64,000 nucleotides of DNA, taken from Felis catus (Eukaryota). The stretch lies in the NCBI RefSeq assembly GCF_018350175.1, contig NC_058382.1, positions 60,698,001-60,762,000 on the forward strand. Direction: 5' to 3'. Position numbers and translations under genes: made by a program. Numbering within the stretch: position 1 is the first letter of the stretch; every line of letters begins with the position of its first letter. Positions 1 to 13,580 of this stretch are shown here, one piece after another. Under the pieces are notes generated by a model. That model was not told where the DNA came from. It worked only from the letters and a program-made list of their open reading frames with translations, and did not search any database.

Positions 1-553
1 GGCTCGTAGATGAACAGAAAGTCCCGGAAAGGTCTATGCCCAGTTGCTGTTGGCCTTTGCCCGCGCGGGAGGGTCCTTGGCCCTGGGAGTCCCCCTCCTC
101 TTAGGGAGAACATTCTCACATGTCCCGGACTTGCTCACAAGTGAAGTGACCCCAAAGAGAAAAGCCTGGCGGGAACAGCGTGGAAGGAGACAGACGTGTG
201 ACCCGGGCTCTCCTTTCACACCAGGGGCTGTCGCTGGGAAGGGCCTGAGTCGCCTGAGTCCCCAGGGCACTGTGGCAGCGGGCGGGACTAGACCCGGGGC
301 TCCTGGCCCGGGGCCCACACCTCCAGGCCTGCCATCTGCAGCCAGCAGGGCCAAGCCCCTAGGAGCCCAGGTGGAGCCCAGGGACGGGAGGTCAGAGTCC
401 CAGGTGACAGCTGCCAACCCAGGGCGGGGGTCCTGGTCTCAGCCCCGCCACCCTCCCCCTGCCTGCTGTCCCCCAGGCTGTGCTCACCCTGCCTTACTTG
501 GCTTGGAGGAGAAGCCCGTAACACCCTGCTGGCCTGTGCCAGGGGCGGGCGGG

Positions 554-589
554 GGAGGAGGAGGAGGAGGAGGAGGAGGAGGAGGAGGA
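554..589 (+). repeat. (GGA)12 microsatellite
   Basis: Read directly; 36 nt perfect. Confidence 0.95.
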
Positions 590-3500
590 CAGACGTGGCA
601 TAGGGGCTGTCCCTTGCCCTCTGCTCGAGCTGCCTGGGTAGCAGGGCCCGCCGGCCTCCACGGCTGCAGCACGTCCCCAAGCTGGGACCAGACCCTGACC
701 CGGGGTGACCAAAGGTTTGGATCTTTCTGGAAGAGGAAGGTGGGGGGGTGGGCCTAGGCCCCGGGAGTGAGCTGGCCCCACCCAAGCACCCCGTACCCTC
801 TAGAGACAAGATCTGCGGTCACAGAAAGGCCAGGAAGGCGGGGTTAGAGGTCAGAACCTCGGAGCACAGGGGCGGGAGGGGAGTGAGGGCTGTGCCCACC
901 ACACCCGCAGGCCTCCTGGGACCAGGCTCCACTCAGATGCCCCGACACCTGCCCACCGCCCCCCCAGAGATGCTTTCCAGAGTACGCCCCGCAGCACCCC
1001 ACCCAGAGAGCCCTGCTGAGGGGCCTGGCACCCTGTCCCTTAGCAACTCCAGCACTGGCCACACGCCGGCCGTTGGGGCCTCTGGCCCCCAGAGCGCCAC
1101 ACGGCCCTGGGGTGGGACCTGCCAGATGCCGCCCCGGGGACAGGGGCACCAGCCACGGGTGGGGTGGGGGGACAAACGGCCACAGGAGCCCCTCACGGTT
1201 TACGAAGTTAAGAAACTCAGGGACCTACCGAAGACCCTCTCCTCTCACAGGAAAAGCCTGGCCTGAAGTCCGCAGAGGGCCTCCCACAGCCTCACGGGGG
1301 GAGACACGGGGCACAGCGAGGGTCCCCGCGGGCCAAGGCCAAGAACGCCGTGTTACCTAGTTGGAGCCCAGCCAAGAGCCCAGGGCCCCGTGCCGCCGGC
1401 TGAGGTTTAATTAGCGTGGGGTCCGGGACACTGGTTTTACGGCTCACCTGACGGCCAGGCCCCTCCCTCTCCGCCAGCAGCTCCGTGAGGCTGGCCTGAG
1501 GAGGGCCTGGCGGCCACTGAGAGCCAAACTCAGAGGGACCCCACAGGAGGGACACCTACCACGTCCTCCCACGCAGTCCTCGGGTTGGGGGCGCCTGACG
1601 GCTCACGGCCCAGCTGCCCTCCCAGCCACACGCAGCCCCAGGCAGACGGCTTCAATGAGGCGAGCACGGCGTTGTGGAGTGACGGTGCAGGGCACAGAGG
1701 GACAGCATGGGTGGGGGTATGACCTGCATGGTGTCCGGGGACCTGGGGACCCAACAGACACCACAAGAGCGCCCGCCGTGCACGGCAGGCACCTCGAAGC
1801 CAGTGGTGGGTGCACGGCGCGGGTGGCCTGGCCTCTACGACCATTCACAGGCCTTCTGACCCCAACGTGTTACAAGTGGGGCCACCTCCTGGCCCCCAGC
1901 TCTGGAGCACGTTCCCCTGCCTGGAGGGGGCTCAGCTCTTCCGTGCTTCTCCCCGGGACGCTGCCCAGACACCCACTGAGTGCCCGGTGCCACCAGCAAA
2001 GCATCCCTTCACGTCAGGCTCAGGCGGCCCCACCCAGGGGCAGGACCTGCGTTTCCTCAGACGTCGTGTTTGTCGCGGGCTCTGTTCCCGTGAAGGGTCA
2101 GCAGCCGGCCACCCTGCCCAGAGGAACCCTCCAGAGAGGAGGCCGGACTCCAGGCACGGGCGGGGCCGCATTCCACAGGGAGGGACCTCCAGGGAGGCAC
2201 AGGCCACAGGCCGCAGGTAAACAGCCAGGGGGCGGGGCGCCCAGGAACGGAGTTTAGGGACCGGGCCCCACGCGGCGCCCCCACCCACCTCTGCGAGGAC
2301 AGGGTTTGGCAACAACCCCCACCGGGGCCACTCGGAGCTCAGGGGCCTGGCCCAGGAAGGGGCCCCAGGGAGGGGCGAGCTGACAACACGACGTCCCCCA
2401 GCCGGCGGCTGGCACGCGTGGGGGCTGGCGGGCTAGAGCCCCCCGGGCGGGTCTCCGCACGGGCCATCCCCGTCCAGGGCCCTCGGCACGTCCTCAGGTC
2501 ACCACCCTCCCGAGTCCCCACCGCCGAGACTTCCCAGGGACCAGCAGGACATCCTCCAACCACAGGGAAAGGGGCTCCGCGCGGAGCAGGGCAGACCAGG
2601 TGGCCAGGGGCCTGCGCCCGGCGCCCACGTGGAGACCCGGCCCCGGCGGTTCCCTGTGCCCCGCGGGTTCTTTCCTGGACGGCCAACTCACACCCCACAG
2701 GTCAGGCGGCCCCTCGGGCGCAGGACCCGGGCAGAGAGCGTGCCGGCAGCTCAGGCCGGGGCGAGTGACACCTGTGACACCCGGAGCTCCGGCTTAGGGT
2801 GCCGAGCGGATGTGGCCCGTGGGGTGGGCGGTCCCGGGCCGGCGGGACCTGCTCCTCCGTGACCCTCTGGCACTTCACCCAGAGGGCGGGGGCCGCAGCT
2901 GTGACCCTGCCCTCCACGTGACTGAGGGTCTGACGAGGTGCGTGGGGGGAGGGGGTCAGCCGTGGGGGCCTCTCCTGAGGGTGAGGGGCTGCAGGAACCA
3001 GAGTCCTAACACCCGAGGGGGTCCTGCCCCCCAGTCGCGGCGCCGGTTGTCCGAGTGCGCAGAGAGGCCCCGGGTCTCGGACAAGTCCCGATGCCCTCCG
3101 GCCGGCTGACCCCAGGGTCCACAGGCCTCTCGGGCTGAGCAGACTACGGCAGACAGGGTTTGATGGCGAGCTCTGGGCGAACGGAGACCCCGCGGGCGCC
3201 GCACCCCCCACCGCCCCGGAACAGGGGCTCGTTGATGACTGACCTGCCCCTACAGGGGTGCCCGACGTCACCAGGGCCACACCACACAGGGGACCCCGAG
3301 CCGTGCACCTGTCCCTGGGCCACCCGGCGCCTCACACGGGCAGAACTCACCACCCAGCAGAGACTGCCAGATGGGGGGCCGCTCCCCTGGTCTCGACAAC
3401 AGCCCCCCCGGAGCTGCTGAGGCCCGGTCCTCTGTGCGGATGCCAGAGGGGACCATGGAGCTCCAGGAGACAGGGCGGCGAGGGTCCACACCCGCCACAG

Positions 3501-5204
3501 ACCCCAAATAATAAATACACTCGACCCGGCCCATCGTGTGTCAGGCTGTCATGAGCCCAGTGACATGCGGAGGGCACGGGGGCCAGAGCGCCGCCTCCAG
3601 GGGCCCGGTCTCTTGGGGACGATGGTGGACACAAAGGAACAACGAACGAGTCAAAGAGAACAAGTCTTGTGGGAGCCAGCAGGGAGGGGCTGCTGGGACT
3701 GGCCTCCAGGAAGCCCTCCCCTTGGGGGCGGGGGGACCCGGGCCTGGAGACCCCACACAGGATGATCCAGGGCAAAGGCCCTGAGGTGACCACGCTCACA
3801 GGAGACCCAGAGGAGGGCAGCGTAGCACCCCAGGAGACCGCGTCCTCCCACAGCCCCAACCAAGGCGGCCGTGTTTTCCTATCAGGTCCTTGTAGGGCCA
3901 ACATCCAGCGCAACCCATCTAGAGAGGGGGGTCCTTAAGGTAGGGGTTCTCAAGCTCGCCAGGTCACGAGGGGCCGGGCCCCGCGGTCGGTGCTGGATCG
4001 GAGTCTCTGGGGACTGGGACGCGCCCCGCAGACCCAAGGCCCGCGCTCCAGAAACTGCCTGGTGAACCGAAGGACCCGGGGTGTCCTTCCTCCAACCCAG
4101 GAATGTGACTGCATCACAACCCGGCGGCCGTCCTGTCTTCTGAGGCAGCACCCAACCTCACAGCGTGACCTGGGACCACCCTTCAAGGACAATGACCTTC
4201 TGCTCCCTGCATGCTGGGGTCCCTTATCCTCTGGCCTCCGGCCGCTCTCCTGCGAGTGCCTTCTCCCCACAAACCCCAGGACGGCATCCACTGCACGGAC
4301 GGCCGCCGCAGCCAGGCCCACGGACAGCCCGGGCTTCAGAGGAGTCTCTGGGCCGCTAACCGCCTTCCGGAGGCCACGCCAGCCTTTCCAGATGTGGGGG
4401 TCCACCCTGGGCAGACCAGGTACCCGCATCTCCTCCCCAGCTCTGGGCCCAGGACCCAGGGTTGGGGCACTGACTCAGAGCCCCACCCCGTGACTCAGCC
4501 AGCCCACGGCACCCCGAGTCTCGGCCTGTCCGGCGTGGCTCGTGCGCACGGCCGCAGAGTCCGGTTGGCCCTGCTGGGGGAGCCCTTCCCGGCAGGAGAG
4601 AGGAATGCCTTCTGGCCACCTCCTGTTGGCAGGCAGGTGGGGGGCGGGGTGGCTGGCCAGGTGAGAGGCGGGGGACGCAGGCCCTTCGGAGCCCGGCCCG
4701 CCCCGGGGCTGAGGGAACTTGGGGGGCAGCACCGGAGGCTGAGGAAGGGGGCTGTTGTCACGTCCGTGTACTTCAGCAGGGGACCGTGTCAGGTCCTGGC
4801 TCCACCCCCTCCGCTCTGTCCCCCGGTGTCCCCTTTGTGAAATGGGGCACCGACGGGCATTTGTGCCGTGACCACCTTTCTCCCCAGCTGACGCCCGCCC
4901 AGCTCAGGGCCCGTCTCCAGAAGGCACCACCCTAGTGAGCGAGCGCCGGGCCCGCGGCGACCCTGATATGTTATCTGTGCCCTGGATCAGGCAGGGAGGT
5001 CAGGAGCTGTGCCAGCTGTCAGGGCGCCTGGCGATGTGACGAGACACACACGCGCCATGCGCAAAGCAGCACACCTGTGCGGTCGAGTGCCCGGTCGGGA
5101 GGGTTGAGACCGGGCCTTGGGGGCCGGGCGTGTGGTGGTTTCCGCCTCAGCCTGGCCAAGCTGCGGGGAAGGTTTGCCTTCCGAGGATTCACGTTGAAAC
5201 CCTT

Positions 5205-5439
5205 GGGGCGCCTGGGTGGCGCAGTCGGTTGAGCGTCCGACTTCAGCTCAGGTCACGATCTCGCGGTCCGTGAGTTCGAGCCCCGCGTCAGGCTCTGGGC
5301 TGATGGCTCGGAGCCTGGAGCCTGTTTCCGATTCTGTGTCTCCCTCTCTCTCTGCCCCTCCCCCATTCATGCTCTGTCTCCCTCGGTCTCAAAAATAAAT
5401 AAATGTTAAAAAAAAAATTTTTTTTTTTAATAAAAAAAA
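5205..5439 (+). mobile_element. SINEC_Fc-type carnivore SINE (young)
   Basis: ggggcgcctgggtggcgcagtcggtt head, (CT)n body, A/T-rich tail. Confidence 0.95.
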
Positions 5440-8400
5440 GAAACCCGCGAACCCTAAGAGCAGCAGGTGACCCTCCGGGAGCCAACTGGAGCCAACCGGA
5501 TGAAAGTCGGAAGAGCACAGAGCAGGCCCCTGGGAAAGAAGGCGCGCTCCAGGGCTGCCCTGTGGAATGCGGACTGGGGACTGCCACTTCCTCTCTTGCC
5601 CGAAGTCCCAGCCAGCCGCGTGCCCCACGGCCGCGCCAGCCAGTTCCCGGAGCAAACGTGTTCCTCTCTCGCGTGTCTGCGCGCGGGCACATCGGTGCTC
5701 CTGCGGGATGTCGCATCCGTCTGCGTCCCACTGGTCCCGTTCCTCTGACGGACCCACCTGGTACTGACGGTCAGCACCTGTCTCTGCAGTCCGGGCCCAG
5801 GTGGCCGCAGGCTTGGGAGGACAGGGTGCCGGGGCCCCAGGAGCTCTCTGGAAATTCAACAAGCTCGTGAAATGACCGAGGGAAAAATCAACACGGTCCG
5901 CTCATAACAACCGGCCCGGCCCCACCCCCAGGAAGCCAGCCTCCGGAGCAGGGACCCAGCCCCCACTGCCCCGAGCGTCCAGGCACAGGACGCGAGCAGT
6001 GGGGCTCTCCCCGGCAAACACTCCCTTGAGTCGCCTGCATTGTGAGGTGTGTCCGCAGAGAAGCGCCCAAGTTCCGTGCCTCCCGCCAGCGCGGGGTCCA
6101 CAGGGTGGACGGCGCTGAGTACGGGGCCCGCGGCTCATTTCCCTGCGATCCTCTCCCTCCGCCAGCAAAAACACGCTTGGGATTCAGGATATCCTTCCAG
6201 AAAGAGCCACTTTGGAGCTCCAGAATCCCATCGGGGTCATTTCCAAGGGGACATTCCTGCAGCTGTCTGGGGCCGGAGAGAACAAAAGCACACTGGCCGA
6301 GGGGCGGGGGCCCGAGCTCCCGAGGGGCCAGATTCCAGAGGCCCCGGGGGAAGCAACGGGCGTCCCTGGGACCCCCTGCCCCTCCCCCATCCGTACGCCA
6401 GATCCCCGCCAAGCGCCAAGCACGGTGTGTGCCAGCAGCTCGGCCGAGGCAGGGCTGGCCTCCCCGCACAAGCCCTTGGTGGAGGGAGGCCCCACTGCGG
6501 CCCGCTCACGGGGGAGGGAAGTCACAAGCCAAGGCCCCTCAGACAGTGAGTGACAGCAGCAGGCGGGACCGGGCCCTCCTGGCCTAGCTGTGGACCGCCC
6601 ATCAGGGCCCGGCTCCCCAGCCGCACGCGAGACGGCCATGCCCTCAGCCCCGGCCCGGCTCCCCCCCACCCCCGCCTCAGTTCAACGGGCCCCCAGACCG
6701 AGGCCTGAAGTTCCGTGCGGTCGTGGGGCAGGGCCCGGGGCCGGTCAGTGTCACCGCCCCGCCAGCCTCGGACGGCGGTCAGCACCGGCTCCCGGTGATG
6801 GAGTACACTCCCCAGACGAGAGGAGAAACGATTAAGTGGCCACTTTGAGAGCAGACAGCGCAGCTCCCCATGCCCTGGGGGACACAGCGGGTGGGGACGG
6901 GGCAGGCCTGGCTGAAGCTATATGTTCAGTTCCTGGAAAAAGAGGGACACGCTGCCGGCTCACCCACGGCATCCTGTTTTTATGGAAACTAATCTAATTC
7001 CGAACGGCGCAGCAAGCAGCGGACATCCAAGGGGGTCCCGAGAGGCCGCGGCGAAGGGGCGCCCGCAAGGCGGGAGGGCTCCCGTGGCCCGGCGCGGTGG
7101 GCACGGCCGCCCTCTGCCAGCGCCACTCCCGAGGGTCAGAGCCCCCCGCCCCGGGGGAGGCCGGGGACGGCGGGTCCTTCCTGGCAGTGAGAAAGAAGCA
7201 GGCCGGCTCCCGCCCCCCCCTCCACCCCGTCTCGGCCGGACTCTGTCGCAGGAAGGCTGCCTGGGGCAGACAGATGTCACCGTGGGGCTCCCGCCCACGA
7301 CACGCAGGTCAGACAGTACCAGAGATGCCACAGCCTTCGGGGACCTCCTCCCGACCTGGCAGCCCGATGGCTTCGGGCCCGAGGCTTTGGAGTCCCCACA
7401 GCCTTGGCTCTAAGTCTGTGCCCGTGTGGCCCGTGAGCCTCAGTGTCCGCACCTGCTCGAGGGGGTCACCAACCCCACGCACGAGAGGCTGCCCTGCGTG
7501 ACGCCCGGTGTAAAGCGGCCGGCCCTTCACTAGCACCGTCTGCTGGGTCCACACGACGTGTGCCTGCTGACGCCCACCCGGGGCCCGGGCTCCAGCCGGA
7601 CACTGACGGGAGACTCGGCCACCTGCCCGAAGCCGCGAAAACCGGGACCGGGCCTTACTTCCCGCTGCCCACCACGGCGACCTAACCGCCCTTCCAGGCC
7701 CCTCCAGCTCCTCAGGGTCAGGGCTGAACCTCTGGGCTACGCTGGCTCCAGGGGGCCTGAAGGCACGGGCCGGCCCCGACCCCAGGCTGCTGCAGAGTTC
7801 CCACTCACACACAGAAGGGACGTGCGTCCCCGTGGGCCTCCCCCAACTGCCCCTCGGAGGCCCAGCGAGCGGGTGGCCCAGGGAAGCCCGAGACGGGGCC
7901 GGGCGGGCCTGCCGGCTCCTCTCGCACTCACTGGGCACCCGGCAGGCCCGCGGAAACCTACTCTTCCCGCCTCATCCAGGGAGGGGACCACGTGGGGAGG
8001 TCCCCAAGGCCGAGGACATCCCCGCTCACAAGCAGACATGATCTCCTCTGGCCGGGCCCCTCCCCGCTCCCACCGCCAGCCAAGCGCACACATTTCCACC
8101 CTCACAGGGACCAGCCTGACACCTGTCCTCTGGGCCCTGACGCCAGCCCCACGCCGCGCCCCTCCGACCGGTCACAGGGCCCCAGAGCCGGCCTCCCGCT
8201 CCCATCACTTCCAGCTGTGGGACCGGGAGTCTGCTCATCCTCTTTCAGGCTGATTCTTTGGCTGACGCCTCGGAGGGTCCGTGAGGACAGGGGGCTTGGG
8301 GTTCACGGCGGCCACGCAGGGCACCGCTGTCTTGCTCATCCATCACCAGCCTGGAACCGCACCCTCAGAGCGGGGAGCTGCCTCAGGGGGCCCGGCCCTC

Positions 8401-9302
8401 TGCCCCGGGGCTCCAGCCGAGGCTGGTGCCGGTCCCCAGCGTCCGGGGCCGGGGAGCCTCCTTCTGGGAGGGCACCAGAAAACTCCCTGGCCGCCAGCGC
8501 TCTGAGGGGACAGAGGAGGAACTGTCAGGATGGGCGCCCCGCCCCCCAGCACGGGCTCCACGCGGGGGCAGAGACGCGTCCCGAGCTGGGAAGGACCCTC
8601 CTGCCGGCGGCCCACGAAGTCAGCCGCGAGGTGTCCCCGCTGCTGTCCTGGGGGAGCGCCCACCAGCCCGTGACTCGGCCAGACCAGCAGGTTCCACTGT
8701 CCCCACCCAAGGGGACAGCAGCCCCAGCAGCCACCGCCTCGGCTTCGGGACGTCCCCGAGCTGCCCCACATTCCTCCCTGGTGAGAGCACAGGCGCCCTG
8801 CGGGGCTGCAGGGAAGAGGTCCCTCGCCGGAGCGCTCGGCCCCCGCAGCTGCACCCTGGACGGCCCGCGGGACGTGGGGGGGCGTGGGCCGCTCGGGGAG
8901 CCGCGGTTCAGAGGCCCCGCCCTGCCCGTGCCGGGGCAGCGAGGGCTCGGGAGGGGCGGCCAGCTCCACGAGGTCCCGGGGCCCACGTTGCCCGGTGAGT
9001 CACCCCAAGGGCCACCGGCCGAGCCGGGCAGGTGCTGACCTTACGACTGGGGCACAGGGAGGCCCCCGGAGGGCAGGGCAGCCCCACGAGGCCTCCCTGC
9101 AACACACCAGGTAGGTCTGCTCTGCTTCTCAAGGTGAGGAGCTCGAGGCTCAGAGACGCTGTGGGACGTGTCCAGGGTGCCCAGCAGCAGGGCCAGATTT
9201 GGGGTCTGACGGAGCCAGCACAGAGAAGCTTCGCCGGGCATTTCCCCTCCCACGGTCTCCGTTCCACAGGCACCCACGTGTGGCCTCATGAACCAGTGGG
9301 GC

Positions 9303-9516
9303 TTTCTTAATATTTATTTATTTTTGAGAGAGGAGAGAGCATGTGTGCACACGAGTGGGGGGCGGGCAGAGAGGAAGAGGGGAGAGAGAATCCCGAGCAG
9401 GCTCCACGTTGTCAGCACAGAGCCCGAGGCGGGGCTCGATCCCGCGAGCCCTGAGACTCCGACCTGAGCCGCAATCAAGAGTCGGACGCTTCACCCACTG
9501 AGCCCCCGGGCGCCCC
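9303..9516 (-). mobile_element. Older SINEC (Fc2-like)
   Basis: Reverse-oriented head ...ggcgcccc, aatcaagagtcggacgc motif, flanking aaccagtgg duplication. Confidence 0.9.
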
Positions 9517-11449
9517 TAAACCAGTGGTTCTGAGGACTCTTGCGGGACACACACACTTGACCTGAACCCCAGCAGAGCTGTACCTGGGGGCGCCCCAGGG
9601 ACAGTGTTCAGGACCGGCAGAGGGCAGCTGAGGTCCCAAGGCAGCCCCAGGGGGCCTCCACCCTCCATCCGCACACAGAGCAGGGGGGAGGCAGGACACA
9701 GATTCACGGAAGTGCCAGGAGCAAGTACGAACAGGTGCCACCCGGGGTCGTCCCAGTGGGAGGCCCGAGTCCCCACACGGCCACTAGTGTGACAGGGAGA
9801 GAGAGGACCAAACAAAACAGGCAGAGAGGGAGAGGCGAAAACGCAGACCTTGGAACACTGCTGGGAGCGTCTGACCACAGCAAACCCCCTCGGGGGTAGG
9901 GCTCCTCTTAAGAATGTGACAGACGGCACGGAGTCCCCTCAGGTCCCCTCAGGAATCTGACAAAAGACCCGACTAGACACAAGGAGTGGACGTAAAACGT
10001 GTGACCCACAGGGAACGATGTGGCCACAGACCGCCCCTCGCCCGATGGAATCGAGCCAACGGGAGAGGACAACCCAGCATCCGGGCCATCAAGCCAATGG
10101 GGGTGGGACCCGAGAAGGAACGAGGGGAGGGGGGCGACCAGAACCCTGTAGGTCAAGGCCCCCGCCTACAGTCCCAGCTCTCACCTTCGACCGCCCCCTC
10201 CGTAGAGACCCTTCCTCACTGTTCCTCCGTCCTGATTCTACTCTGCCTGCGGCTCGTTGACCTCGTGCCCACCTCTTCATGCTTCGAGGCGGGTGGCAAC
10301 AAACCCCGGGGACCGAGGTAAAAAATCCTGCACTAGGGTGACTCAGCCCTACCTCAGGGCCTTGCCACGTGCCGGCAACACCGCCTGGAGACGCAAAGGG
10401 AGACTCAGTGGCTCCGGACCCTCGCGACGCCTGGGGTGTCCCCCGGGCTGGAGAACATGGTGCAGCCGGCCTGGCCCAGAAGCTTCTCAGGCCTCCTGTG
10501 GAGACAGCAATCTCCACGCCATCCGCTTGGGGGGCCGGGGTCTCCACTCAGAGCGAGCCTTCAGAGGAGCGCGTCCCCTCTGGCACATGCACGTGACTCT
10601 GCTTCCAATCCTTGTCCCTTGCTCGACACACAGGGAACCTAGGGGTACAGACCGAGTGGATAACATGCCCTCTGACAGCAGAGAGCAGGGAGCCATGTGG
10701 CAAGCGCTCTGCCCGGCCATTTCGGGGGAGATGGGGAGGGGGAGTGCGTGGCAGGGGTCTGGTGAATGGAGTGCGGACCCCTCCCCGTGCGGCCTCACTC
10801 TGGAAGGCCCGAGGACAGGCCCTACCCCTTAGGGTCTCCACCCACAGCCTCGGAGGGCAGGACCGATGGGCCGGGAAGAGGAAGGCCTAGCGTCCCCCCA
10901 GCTTCCTCAGGCACAGGACACAGAGACACGGGATCCGTGGCTCAGCCCCCGCCCCCCGCCCCCAATGTCCAGGATTCTGCGTGGAGCCAGCCCCCGGCCA
11001 GACGAGGCTCCTGCACGTTGTTCCCGCGCTGGCTGGAGTCATTCTGTCCACGGGAGGTCACACTGTCCACGGCCAGGAAGGGACCTGGAGCAGAAGGGTC
11101 CTTGCCGAGGTCAGAGCAACAAGGGCCCGCAGCCGAAGAAAGAAACTGTTCGGTCCCGAGGACCCCGTCTGGTGCCAGTCCTGGGCCCACAGGGCCCCCC
11201 CACCCCCACCCCGAGCCCCTGCCCCTAACCATCCTGACCATCTCACCCCGGGCTGGTGAGGTCTGCCCGCAGGACCGTGTCGATCCAGGACAAGGGGCCG
11301 CAGGGACTCCCGGGTGGCCGGTCTGCGGGGAAGACGCACGAGGACCTCACGGGGCCCCCGGAGGACCAAACAGGGCGTGCTGTGTGCGACACTTACGGCC
11401 CTGAGCCTTCCTGCCCTGTCCCGGACTCGACCCGTGAGGCCAGGGAGAT

Positions 11450-12580
11450 CGTCCTGGGGGGGGAGTCGGTCGGGAGAAGGAAAACCATGCAGTGCACGCA
11501 GGCGTCCGCTGCATCCTGGGAACACGGGCCGGCGGGCCGGGAGGCCCGGACAGTCACGTTCACCGTCACTTTCACAACAGGCCGGCCAGGGCAGCGCGAG
11601 AGGCCCGGCCACGGCAGGCGGCCCCTGGAGACGGGCACGGGGGCCCCGGGGGAGGCTTGGGCAGGCACGTGAGGGGCGAGCGCAGCAGGAGGTGCACGGG
11701 GAGCAGCAGGAGACGAGTCAGGACACGGGTCAGGACACGCCGAGAAGCCTGCCACGTGGCCGGCGCCCAGGCCGCGGCCACAGCACGCACGACGGAGGTG
11801 GGAAGCTGACCACATAAACAGAGCACGGCACGAGCTACCAGGGCTTGGAATTACAAACGCCGGCTCTTCAACAGACCTCGTCAGGGGCATGATTAGAGTC
11901 GGCAACCGGAGGCAGGGAAACCGACCAAGACCTTAGAATCCAGGCCCGCAAAGAACAGCCGCAAGTCAAACGTAAAAGACAGACCCGCAACCCAGCGTTT
12001 TCAAGCAGGTGACTGTCAGACGCACGTCACAAACGGAGACCTCGAAGGTGAGGGGCACCGTTTCGTGTCAGGGCGGCGCGGTCCAAAGCCACGGAACCCA
12101 CGTCACGCCCTCGAAGCGGGGACAGCCCGAGGTCAGCACGTGCTGGCGAGGGCGCCCGGCCCGGGAGCGGGCACCACGAAACGCCGGGATGGCGGCGGCT
12201 TCCCGGAGGCACCCACCGCCCCGTGCCCCGCAATCCCACCTCCGTGTGCGCGAGCAACTGTAACCCACCCGGAGCAGAAAGACGGTGGGGTGGGGGGCGT
12301 CCACGTCGGGGACCAGCGGACGGAAGCAACGACCGGTGCCGGGCCGCACTCGCACAGCGCAGGCGGTCCCGCCGACGTGAGCCCCAAAGGCAAGCAGAAG
12401 TAACCTGGGGGGCAGAGGTCAGTCGTGGGGGGTGACCGCCAAGTGCCTCTGGCACAAGCACCAGCTTGGTGGGGGGGGGGGGGGCGCTCACGTGACCCGT
12501 ATTCAACTGTCAAACGCACCGGACGGACACTTAAGCTCGCGTCCTTGGTCACATGACGCCTCAGTGAAAAACACAGGCGT
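11450..12580 (+). mobile_element. Highly degraded, GC-shifted L1M ORF2/3' fragment
   Basis: agaatccag..aaagaac..caagtcaa..taaaagacag..caaccca, gtgctggcgaggg, gcaatcccacctcc and tgtcaaacgcaccggacggacactta are collinear with L1M as recalled. Boundaries are uncertain. Confidence 0.55.
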
Positions 12581-13405
12581 GGACCAAGGACCGTCCTCCG
12601 CTGGGACCCCGTCTGGACCCGGGAAGCCGGCCACGGAGCAGGCTCTCCAAACATACTTGCCGAGTGAAAGACTGAAAGATGGTGGCAGTGACCAAGTCCC
12701 TGGGGAAGGGCAGCCACAGGCACGTGGGGGCAAAAGGAAAGGACGGGCAGGGCCTGGGGCGAGATCCGCCCCAGGAACGGGGGAGACACGCGTGATGCAC
12801 TAACAGGCCGAAGGCACGGGCCCGAGGGTCGCGGCTCCGGGGCGGGCCGACCTGTGCCAACGGCCACTCTCCCTCCACGGCGGCACCCCCAGGGCCCCAC
12901 GTCACGAGTGAACACCGAAGTCGGAGAGATGACACAGAGGTCCGTGCCCAAGTGACCGGTCAGCCACACAGCCTCAGGGTCGGGGCCAAGGAACAAGGTC
13001 TGTAGCCCAGGGGGCAGTTCAGGAGGGGGCGGGGCTGCTGGCCGTGAAGTCTGCACCCGCGAGGGCGGCTTGTAGGCCACGTCCCAGCTGCACCTAGACT
13101 GGAAGTCACAAGGGCACACGTGCCAGCCTGCCAGGAGGAGCCCAACACCTCAGCGCGGGTGACCGCGGCCAGCCTGGGCAACGTGCTCCTTTGGGGAGTG
13201 TGAGAAGACCCCCCCACCCCCATCCAAGGAAGACAGACCTGCCTCGGTCCACGACCGGCCCTCGGGAGTTGTGCCCCCCCCCCCCCCCGGCCACCGCACG
13301 CAGGAAAGGAGGGAAGAGAGAGACAGAGACCAGCTCGGCGGGGCCCCGGGATGGACCACGTGGTTTCCCCTTAAAACCCCCTTTGAGGGTGTTACAGTGA
13401 TGAAT

Positions 13406-13580
13406 TCTTTCTCGTTCCTTTATTTATTCTGAAAGAGGGAGAGCAGGGGAGGGGGCAGAGGGAGAGGGAGAGAGAGAGAATCCCAAGCAGGGATGGGGCT
13501 CAAACCCACAAACTGTGAGATCCTGACCTGAGCCGAAATCAAGAGTCGGACGCTCAACCAACCGAGCCCCCCAGGCGCCC
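13406..13580 (-). mobile_element. Older SINEC (Fc2-like)
   Basis: gaatcccaagcagg...gaaatcaagagtcggacgctcaacc...caggcgccc. Confidence 0.9.

Noticed and set aside
484-809. Poly-Pro/Leu/Ser/Gly ORFs
   Set aside because: These are translations of the (GGA)12 microsatellite.
2494-2691. ALLRAEPLSLWL segment as possible PIEZO1 exon 2
   Set aside because: Lacks LSLVYLLFLLLLPW; the resemblance is superficial.
7992-9038. 348-aa ORF, and similar ORFs at 12133-13119 and 52569-53591
   Set aside because: Intronic GC-rich sequence with no recognisable motif; the 52569 ORF is partly antisense to GALNS exon 10.
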